A DNA stretch of 64,000 nt, taken from positions 51,297 through 115,296 of the forward strand of contig JAXMHM010000027.1 of assembly GCA_046346755.1 (NCBI GenBank), written 5' to 3'. Positions 46,071-53,634 of the stretch are shown piece after piece. The stretch comes from Opitutaceae bacterium (GTDB lineage: Bacteria > Verrucomicrobiota > Verrucomicrobiia > Opitutales > Opitutaceae). Position 1 is the stretch's first letter, and every line of letters begins with the position of its first letter. The notes under the pieces were generated by a model. It saw nothing but the letters and a program-made list of their open reading frames with translations. It was not told the DNA's origin and made no database searches. The position numbers were made by a program, and so were the translations under genes.

Positions 46071-48508
46071 GGCAGGAGGAAGGTTTCTTGGAAGTGGGAA
46101 TCGATGACGTGACGGGTGGCTCCCCCTGGCAGACGGAGATCCGCGGGCACGCCCTCTGGCTTTTTCAATGAGAACTGTAGCCGGGAACCTTCGCGTCGCC
46201 AGGCGACCTCGATCATTCCCCGCGGCGTGCAGACACTGCCTGACGCGTGAGTGAGACCGCAGAGGCGGGGCTCGACCGCAATGCGGGCAAAACCCGGCTC
46301 GGTCGGGGTCACGCCGAGGATGCGCTGCTGGAATTCCAGCACAGGATGAGCCGACCAGGCATGGCAGAGCGAACGCCAGTAGCTGTTTTCCTCGACGAAG
46401 GTGGACAGCCCGTAGCCCACCGATTCATGCCAGGGACCGAGGTGACGGGTCATGTCGTCATAGTGTCCACAACGCAGGAGCGCCGTGAAGCCCGTGTGCC
46501 ACCAGAAGAAGGAGCCGGGCGCCAGCTTCTCGTCATGGGGAAAACGCCGCATGAGAATCGCGCGCTCCCGCTCGCCCGGCAGGCCGGCCACCACGGCCCA
46601 GGCATTGCCATACTGACTGACCTCGGGACCGCCGGGGCGGTCAAAGTACAGTCCTTCGGACTCGGACCAGAAGCGCGCATGGGCCTTGATCCGAAGCGCC
46701 GCCGCTTCCGCAACCAGCGCCGCCGCCTCGGCCTCGCGGCCGACAAACCGCAGCAGCCAGGCCGTTTCGTCCAGGGCGACGATGAACTGCGTGGTGAAAA
46801 TCGTGGTGGGCCCGTGGTCGGCGCCAGGCACCACCCCACGCGGCCACCACGGGCACCAGTCGGTCACATTCCAGAAAGGCAGGCGCGATGGCAGCCCGTC
46901 GGCGTCACTGTGACGCCGATACCAGTCCAGGACCGTCCGCACCCCCGGGAGCAGGTCCTTCACCGTGGCCAGGTCCGCGGTGCAGGCAAAGTAGTCCTTG
47001 ATCGTCGTGATCCAGTGGATGCTCCACGCCGGGATGATCTGGACGAGTCGCGAGGGATACCGGGACTGCGTCAAACCGTCGGAAAGCCGGGACCAATCGA
47101 AGTGGTAAAGCGCCTGCCGGCTCAGTCGTGCATCGCCGGTGGTGTACAACGCGAGCTTCGAGGTGATCATGGTGTCACCCGCGTACTGCATCTGCTCGTA
47201 GTGAGGACAGTCCTCAAACGTCTCGTGCGAACACATGCGCATGGTGTGCAGGCCGACCTTCCAGATCTGGTCCATCGCCGGATCCGAGCAGGTAAAAGTG
47301 GCGGTGACCTTGTAAGGATAGGCGGTGAAGCGCTGACGGATCGACCGAAGGGTCAGCGGCTGGCTGCCCACCGTGATTTGCAAACCTACATAGCGGAACG
47401 CCCGCCAGTGCAGGGGTTCGAACACGTCGTCGCGACCGGAGGGTTCCCAGTGATCGCTCCAGCCGGTCACTTCGCCGCGGCGGTCGAACGTCCAGCCCCG
47501 CGTCTCGTCGGCGAAGTGCGAGGCAAGGTTGGCCAGTGGCTGCTGGCGTCCCAGCAACTTCGCGCCCGGCGTATCCCACCGCAGCCGCAGGGCCTCGGCA
47601 TAGGTCAACCGTACGGAACTCCCCTGCCCGCCCGAGACGTCCAAGCGGGGAAATGCGGTCGTGAGGATGCCCATGTCCAGCACCACGTCGACGGTGGTGC
47701 CCGCCGGCAGCGTGAGCGACTCGCCCCGATCCAGCAGCGCCTTCCAATCAGCCGGCACCGGCGCGCCGCCGCGCAGGTAGGCGTCGGGGAAGGGCGCGGG
47801 CTCGCCCTCCTCCAACATGGGAATCATGCGCGGCATCAATCCGTAGGGACTGGTTGGGTCGCGGCGATTCTCCAGTAACTCCGCCTTGAACAACACATGG
47901 GCTGGGGACCAGGCGCCATCGTCAAACTCCGGCTCTCGCCAACCCACCTGTTCCTCGGCGGAAACCCGATGCTCGAAATAGCCATGGTAGCCCTCGAAGG
48001 TGGTGCCGTCGTTCTGAAACCGGTGCGCCCGGTCGACCGACACCTTCCAGGTGGCGTCCGTCGCCAGCTCGCTGAGGCGTTCTCCCTTCCCACCCACCAC
48101 GGCGCCTTCGAGCACAAATCCACCCGTGTAGGTCATGATCGAGCACGGCGCGCCGAGTAGCGCGGGGCGGTGCGCGACATGCGACATGTCCTGCACCAGG
48201 GCGGCCAGCACATTGCGCCCGCGGCGCAGGTGCGGCGTGAGATCAAACGTATCAAAAAAGTGGTGATTCACATCACCCTTGGCAGGCCCGCGGCCGACAA
48301 AGACCCCATTGCACCAGAACAGGTAGCGGCTGTCCGCGGAGAGCCGAACCTCGAGACGTGACCGCTCCGGGTCGTCCACCGCGAAGGTGCGCCGGAAGAG
48401 ACGCACCTGGTAGTGCGACGGCGTGGCGTTTTCAGGCGCGGGTGCGCCGTGGGAACCCTCGCTGGACCAGATCCAGGAGGCGGAGTTGACGAAGGGGACG
48501 GGAGACAC
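46067..48508 (-). CDS. GH78-family alpha-L-rhamnosidase-like glycoside hydrolase
   Basis: N-terminal pattern (ASWIW..., YQVRLFRRTF, LSADSRYLFWCNG..VGRGP) and a six-hairpin region typical of bacterial rhamnosidases. No signal peptide seen. Confidence 0.75.
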   Translation of the reverse strand: MSPVPFVNSASWIWSSEGSHGAPAPENATPSHYQVRLFRRTFAVDDPERSRLEVRLSADSRYLFWCNGVFVGRGPAKGDVNHHFFDTFDLTPHLRRGRNVLAALVQDMSHVAHRPALLGAPCSIMTYTGGFVLEGAVVGGKGERLSELATDATWKVSVDRAHRFQNDGTTFEGYHGYFEHRVSAEEQVGWREPEFDDGAWSPAHVLFKAELLENRRDPTSPYGLMPRMIPMLEEGEPAPFPDAYLRGGAPVPADWKALLDRGESLTLPAGTTVDVVLDMGILTTAFPRLDVSGGQGSSVRLTYAEALRLRWDTPGAKLLGRQQPLANLASHFADETRGWTFDRRGEVTGWSDHWEPSGRDDVFEPLHWRAFRYVGLQITVGSQPLTLRSIRQRFTAYPYKVTATFTCSDPAMDQIWKVGLHTMRMCSHETFEDCPHYEQMQYAGDTMITSKLALYTTGDARLSRQALYHFDWSRLSDGLTQSRYPSRLVQIIPAWSIHWITTIKDYFACTADLATVKDLLPGVRTVLDWYRRHSDADGLPSRLPFWNVTDWCPWWPRGVVPGADHGPTTIFTTQFIVALDETAWLLRFVGREAEAAALVAEAAALRIKAHARFWSESEGLYFDRPGGPEVSQYGNAWAVVAGLPGERERAILMRRFPHDEKLAPGSFFWWHTGFTALLRCGHYDDMTRHLGPWHESVGYGLSTFVEENSYWRSLCHAWSAHPVLEFQQRILGVTPTEPGFARIAVEPRLCGLTHASGSVCTPRGMIEVAWRREGSRLQFSLKKPEGVPADLRLPGGATRHVIDSHFQETFLLP

Positions 48509-48526
48509 GGGGAAAACAGCGGACGG

Positions 48527-49528
48527 TCAGCGGAGGGGAGCCGGCAGAAAGGAAAAATCAAATCCATGGGCGCCATAGAGGCCACCCGATTTCCACGTAC
48601 GGCCCAAATCGTCGGAAAAAAAGGTCCCTTCCTCGAACGTGGAAGCCCACAGTCGTCCGTCCGCGTCCGGATCAAACGCCAGAACGAGGACATTGCGAAC
48701 CGGCAGTCCCGCCGAGCGATCCTGCCAGGTTGCGCCGCCATCGCTGCTCACTCGCACACCCTGGGACCACCCGCCCACCGCCAGGACCGACGCATCCCGG
48801 CGGTGCAACGCCACCGCGTAGAGATTGGCCGTGGCCGACGCGGGGTCCGTCGCGACCCAGGTCTCCCCTGCGTCGCGCGAGATCCAGGCCCCGCGGTGCT
48901 GCGTGCCGGCAATCAGCAAGCGAGGATTCGCCTCGCTCTGCGCCAGCCGCAGGATGGTGGTGGAGGGAGAAGGCACGCGATTCCAGGTGACAGCGCCATC
49001 GGTCGACACGAAGACGCCGTCCGCCGTGCCGAGAATGACACGGTGGGTTCGCGCGCGGTCTGCCACCACGGTCTGGCAATAGAGCTCGGTGAGCCCCGCT
49101 TGAGCGAGCGACCAGGTGGCGCCGCCGTCCTCGGAACGGATCGGCCCCCACAGGGTGGCGGCGTAGACGCGGCTGGGTTGATTCCGATCAAAGGCGAGGC
49201 TGCGCACATCGGCCACCTGCCAGCCCGTGGTCTTGCGCCACGTACCACCACCATCGACGCTGCGAATAACCCCATCGGCGCTGCCAATCAACAGCACGCC
49301 CGGAGCGCCTGGCTGGCCTGCCACGGTGGCAATGCCAAGAATACGCGGTCCGAAGTGCCGCCATTCACCGCTGCCTTCGCGTCGGTAGAGTCCGGAGTCG
49401 GTCGGTATGGAGGAGTTCTTTTGCGCCTTGGTCATGCCCACGGCCGCGTAAAGCTGCGCCGTTTCGGCACCGACAACGGCCACGGGGACTCCCAGGAACA
49501 GGACCAATAAAGTGAAAACGGAGTTCAT
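48527..49528 (-). CDS. BNR/Asp-box repeat beta-propeller protein, secreted (paralog of 42287..43312)
   Basis: Signal peptide and six Asp-boxes (SVDGGGTW, SEDGGATW, STDGAVTW, SRDAGETW, SSDGGATW, SDDLGRTW). Confidence 0.85.
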   Translation of the reverse strand: MNSVFTLLVLFLGVPVAVVGAETAQLYAAVGMTKAQKNSSIPTDSGLYRREGSGEWRHFGPRILGIATVAGQPGAPGVLLIGSADGVIRSVDGGGTWRKTTGWQVADVRSLAFDRNQPSRVYAATLWGPIRSEDGGATWSLAQAGLTELYCQTVVADRARTHRVILGTADGVFVSTDGAVTWNRVPSPSTTILRLAQSEANPRLLIAGTQHRGAWISRDAGETWVATDPASATANLYAVALHRRDASVLAVGGWSQGVRVSSDGGATWQDRSAGLPVRNVLVLAFDPDADGRLWASTFEEGTFFSDDLGRTWKSGGLYGAHGFDFSFLPAPLR

Positions 49529-51453
49529 GGCCGGACAAACGAGTGCTCAGTCACCGCCCGCTGAAAATCGAGCACGTAGCGTTCGATGCCGTATCGGAGT
49601 TCGAGGCGCTGGCTTCCCCGGTCGGCCACGCCATACGGACTCTCGAACAGCGGCCAGTGCGCCGTATCCATGGCCGTGCCATTGACCGAGGGTGCCTGTC
49701 CGTAGCGGGCGTGGAGTCGACTCCCATCCAGACTGGCATAATTGACCTCCAGTCCCGGATCGGTGGTCGTGGTGAGAGGGAGGGATCGAACCGCCGTCTG
49801 AAACGCTTCGTAGGAGGCAAAGTCCCGCGCCGGGGCCACCTGCACGACGTAACCGTTGCGCGGAGCGGTGCTGACATAGCAGCGGTGTCCCGTTCCCCAT
49901 TCCTTGAAGCCAGAACTGATGAAGCCCCCCGCCCCACCGGCCAGGAGTCCAGTCCAGTCGTTGGGTCGCCACTCGCCCCGCACGAGCGGTCGGTACGCAA
50001 TATAGACCGGGCCGCCTTGGGAAAAAATCCAGCCCGACGGGTCTTCGACCGTGTTGCGCAGGTCGCGGGAAAACAGGGCGGTGATATGAGGAAAGCGGGT
50101 GCCCGACGGCAGATCGTAGAGCGCGATCAGCGCCGCCCCGTGCTGGAACACCTGCTCATAGGGCGAACCGCCGGCCAATTTGTCGGGCGAATCATAATCC
50201 ACCTTGGACCGTACAATCGTGTCCGTCGTCGTGTCCCAGGACATGGGAAAATACATCGTGCCCTCATGCGGTGACGAATACGGATGCAGGGCAAAGAAGG
50301 TGTTGGACGCATCCAAGGGCTGGTCCACGCGCCAGCGCAGGCTCCAGGTTTGTTGCTGGATGGGTTGGAGCAAGCCGCCTTGGGACGAGCCAAGGACAAA
50401 GTCCTTGTCGACATAACTGTACTTGTAGACGGGAGCCGTGCGCTTGTCGCCCACGACAAACGATTCCGGCCCAGCCTGACGCATTCTCCAACGGGTGCGT
50501 TTCAGCTCCCGTTCCACATAGGGACGGTCCGGCGTCCGGGCGATTCGCTCAAGGATGGGAGGCGGTGTGTAGCCACTCATCGCGAGGAGAAGGGCCTGCT
50601 GACTCATCTGCCGGTCACCCAGTCCAAAAAGCAGCCACCCCAGCGCCGCGGCGGTGGTGCGAGCCGGTTGCAGCAACTGGCGGGGGTAAACCCGGCTGTG
50701 GGCTCCCGCATACTGTCCGGACAGGTGTTCGATGACGTAGTCGTAGGCCAGGTAGTCGAGCATCATGCGCGATTTCTGCCGAAGCAGCGGATCGTCACAC
50801 CACCCCGCGAGCAGGGCCAGCGGCACCACGTACTCGCCGATGTAGCCTGGCGAATCGTACTCGCCCTGGCCAAACGACGTGGTGACTCGCATCCAGTGTT
50901 CGAGATAGGACCGGGCCTCCTCCCGGTTCTCCTCCGCCGACCGGCCGTTGAACCAACGCTCCGGCCCGGAATCTTTCCACGTCTGCGCAGCCAGGTACAG
51001 TCCCCCGTAGTACATCACCCAGTGGTTCTCGGTATCGCCACGACTTGGCCAGTAGGTTCGCCACAGCTCCGCAATCCGCTTCCACGATGTATCGTCCAGC
51101 GCCGGCCCTCCCGCCGCCATGACCGCAGCCATGGGGTACATCCAAAACATATTCTGCGTGGGCACCGCTTCATTCAATCGCGCCAGTCGCGCCAGCGCCG
51201 CCTTGCGGCTTTCACCCCGTTGCAAGGCCGCCGCCACGTCCAGAACACTCCCACGATTGGCATCGTTCTCGTCCAGATTTGACACCGCCGTCCGCAGGAT
51301 CCACTCGCGACGAAGCTGAAAGCGCCGGGCAATCTCCGCGTCTGAAGAGAAGTGAATGCCTGACTCCTGCGAAAACACCGGCAGCACACCCACCCAAATC
51401 ATGAAAAAAAACCATGTTGAGCGACCAAGGGGCAGTCCTGAAAACAACGACAT
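49525..51453 (-). CDS. secreted protein of unknown family, about 642 aa (paralog of 40390..42279)
   Basis: Same conserved blocks as the paralog. Start inferred at the ATG at 51453 (MSLFSGLPLG..., signal-like); the ORF-track start is 51510. ATGA overlap with the downstream BNR gene. Confidence 0.85.
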   Translation of the reverse strand: MSLFSGLPLGRSTWFFFMIWVGVLPVFSQESGIHFSSDAEIARRFQLRREWILRTAVSNLDENDANRGSVLDVAAALQRGESRKAALARLARLNEAVPTQNMFWMYPMAAVMAAGGPALDDTSWKRIAELWRTYWPSRGDTENHWVMYYGGLYLAAQTWKDSGPERWFNGRSAEENREEARSYLEHWMRVTTSFGQGEYDSPGYIGEYVVPLALLAGWCDDPLLRQKSRMMLDYLAYDYVIEHLSGQYAGAHSRVYPRQLLQPARTTAAALGWLLFGLGDRQMSQQALLLAMSGYTPPPILERIARTPDRPYVERELKRTRWRMRQAGPESFVVGDKRTAPVYKYSYVDKDFVLGSSQGGLLQPIQQQTWSLRWRVDQPLDASNTFFALHPYSSPHEGTMYFPMSWDTTTDTIVRSKVDYDSPDKLAGGSPYEQVFQHGAALIALYDLPSGTRFPHITALFSRDLRNTVEDPSGWIFSQGGPVYIAYRPLVRGEWRPNDWTGLLAGGAGGFISSGFKEWGTGHRCYVSTAPRNGYVVQVAPARDFASYEAFQTAVRSLPLTTTTDPGLEVNYASLDGSRLHARYGQAPSVNGTAMDTAHWPLFESPYGVADRGSQRLELRYGIERYVLDFQRAVTEHSFVRP

Positions 51454-51517
51454 TGGAATCAAAATAGCGGGGTAGTGTTCAGCATGAGCTGGCTTTTTTT
51501 CGCATTTCAATCAGCAT

Positions 51518-51533
51518 TTTCAGTGAAATTTCA
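51518..51533. promoter_or_regulatory. overlapping palindromes TTTCAgTGAAA / TGAAATTTCA in a divergent promoter region
   Basis: Lies in the AT-rich 86-bp gap between the minus-strand operon and the isomerase gene. The 13-nt core TTTCA-R-TGAAATT recurs at 52467. Confidence 0.4.
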
Positions 51534-51539
51534 TTCCCC

Positions 51540-52409
51540 ATGATCCACGCGCCCAAAACCTCCGTCCCCCGACTGATTCAATGTGCCACGCCCTGGTCGC
51601 TCGAAGGATATCCCAACTCCCGAAAGGAGTGGCCCTTGGAGCGAAAATTCCGAGCCATGAAAAAGGCTGGATTTGACGGAGTGGCGGCCTTCATGACACC
51701 CGAAAAAAAAGCCCTGGCCGACCAATTGGGACTGCGGGTGATGGGGGGATTCGACGGATCCGGCTACACGCAGGCGCGTCGCCAGATGCTCGCGCAGCGT
51801 GACTTGGGGGTACACTTCATGAACGTGCAGTTGCTCGACCATGATACGGCGCCCGAGCGGGCGGTGGCATTGGCGCTCCGCCTGCTCGCTCTCTCGCGCC
51901 GCCTCGGGCTGGGGGTGCATGTCGAAACCCACCGGGATACCTCGACGGAGACTCCGGAAAAGTACACCGAGATCGCCCGGCTCTATCAGAAGGCGACCGG
52001 CTCCCTGCTTCCCACCACCTGGGATCACTCGCACTTCGCCGTTTCCAAACACATCCTGCCCAAAGACTACTCACGCCGGTTGCTCGCCTGGCCAGAGCTG
52101 ATTCAGCACTCGCAGATCTTCCACCTCCGGCCCTTCAACAGTCAGCATTGCCAGGTTCCCGTCACCAATGGAAAGGGACGCCTTACCCCTGAATTCCGCG
52201 ACTACCTTGCCTTTGTCGAGGACCTGTTTGCACTCTGGCTGCAGGGGCCGCAGCCTGGCAAAGAACTTTGGGTCTGCCCGGAGCTTGGCACGAGCGTCGG
52301 CTACAATGTCAGCACCAACCCGCCCGTGTGGGCGGATGCAATCCGAGCAAGGCAGGAATACGCGAAGGCTTGGCGGCGCGCACTCCGCCGCGTAGGGTCG
52401 AAACCCTGA
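51540..52409 (+). CDS. sugar phosphate isomerase/epimerase (xylose isomerase-like TIM barrel) family protein
   Basis: About 290 aa; alternating beta/alpha pattern with conserved His/Glu/Asp positions (VHVETHRDT, WDHSHF). Sits in a carbohydrate locus. Confidence 0.65.
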   Translation: MIHAPKTSVPRLIQCATPWSLEGYPNSRKEWPLERKFRAMKKAGFDGVAAFMTPEKKALADQLGLRVMGGFDGSGYTQARRQMLAQRDLGVHFMNVQLLDHDTAPERAVALALRLLALSRRLGLGVHVETHRDTSTETPEKYTEIARLYQKATGSLLPTTWDHSHFAVSKHILPKDYSRRLLAWPELIQHSQIFHLRPFNSQHCQVPVTNGKGRLTPEFRDYLAFVEDLFALWLQGPQPGKELWVCPELGTSVGYNVSTNPPVWADAIRARQEYAKAWRRALRRVGSKP

Positions 52410-52466
52410 CTATTTCAGGACGTGTGCTGAAAATCACTTGACCGCACCCTGACATTTTTCATCTCC

Positions 52467-52477
52467 TTTCAATGAAA
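52467..52477. promoter_or_regulatory. palindrome TTTCAaTGAAA upstream of the LacI-family gene
   Basis: Second copy of the TTTCA-R-TGAAATT core, 27 nt upstream of the regulator ATG. Confidence 0.4.
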
Positions 52478-52503
52478 TTCTCAGAAGGCGCTACCCCAGC
52501 CCC

Positions 52504-53535
52504 ATGCTGATCACCGAGATCGCTACCAAAGCCCGCGTGTCCCCCGCCACGGTTTCCCGTGCCATCAACCAGCCCCAGCTGGTTGCGGCCGAGAGCTTGG
52601 CCCGTATCCGCGCTGTCATGCAGCAGCACAACTATGTGCCTGCACCCTTGAACCGCCGTCGGGGTCCCAAGGCCCGTCTGCCGGAGCAGCGGCGCATTGG
52701 AGTGTGGTTTGTCGGGGCCCGCGCAAACAATCCGAGCCTGAACTGGTTTCAGGATCAGCTGCTGCAGGTGCAGTCGACGGATCCGCGCTACCGGGTGGAT
52801 CTGCGGGTCCTCTTTTCCAACACGCCGGATGAGCTGCCGCGCAATCTGGCGGGCGAGCGTCTGGATGGCGTCATTGTGCAGGGCATGGAGCCTTCGGCTG
52901 ATTGTCTCGCCAAACTGCGCGAGCTGCCGCACGTCTGGTTCATGACTCGACGCTCGGTGTCTTATCCGGGTGACTACGTGGAACCCAACAATGAGGAAAA
53001 CGGCCGGATGGCGGCCGAGTACCTTCATGAGCGGGGACACAAGGCCGTGGCGGTCATCACCACCGACCCTGAGTACAGCGCCATCGTACGCCGCAACCGC
53101 GCCTTCGTGGAGCGGGCCGGAGAGCTGGGCATGGCCGTTCATTCCGTCCTCGGTGCCGCCAACCCCGGGGTGAGCTACTTGGAGATTTCTCCGCTCAACG
53201 GCGAAAGCGACGCCTTGGTTAAGCGGCTTCTGGACTGTACACCAAAGGCGACTGGCCTGTACATTCCGGTTGACCATTTTTGCGGAGCGTTCTTCCGCGC
53301 CCTGCGCGAAGCGGGACGCAAGCCGGGCCGCGACTTCGAAGCGATTCTCGGGAACTACAATCCCATCATTTACCACAACCTCGACCACTCGCCGGCGGCA
53401 ATTGACATCAATTTGCCCATGCTCGTCCGCAAGGTTGTCGATCACCTGCTCTGGCGGATCGAGAATCCGGCCGTGGGTGGGCGTATCGGTATCACCATTT
53501 CACCTAGGATGCTTACACGGGGCACGTCACCCTAG
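52504..53535 (+). CDS. LacI-family transcriptional regulator
   Basis: N-terminal HTH (ITEIATKARVSPATVSRAINQ) plus a periplasmic-binding-protein-like sugar-binding domain. Confidence 0.9.
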   Translation: MLITEIATKARVSPATVSRAINQPQLVAAESLARIRAVMQQHNYVPAPLNRRRGPKARLPEQRRIGVWFVGARANNPSLNWFQDQLLQVQSTDPRYRVDLRVLFSNTPDELPRNLAGERLDGVIVQGMEPSADCLAKLRELPHVWFMTRRSVSYPGDYVEPNNEENGRMAAEYLHERGHKAVAVITTDPEYSAIVRRNRAFVERAGELGMAVHSVLGAANPGVSYLEISPLNGESDALVKRLLDCTPKATGLYIPVDHFCGAFFRALREAGRKPGRDFEAILGNYNPIIYHNLDHSPAAIDINLPMLVRKVVDHLLWRIENPAVGGRIGITISPRMLTRGTSP

Positions 53536-53634
53536 GTTCCCACAATCCAGCCGCTTTCACCCCTTCCCCTGCCCTCCCTTTCCACTGAACCCGTTAACCG
53601 TGTTCATCTTCGGAAGCTACAAACCATCGAAAAC

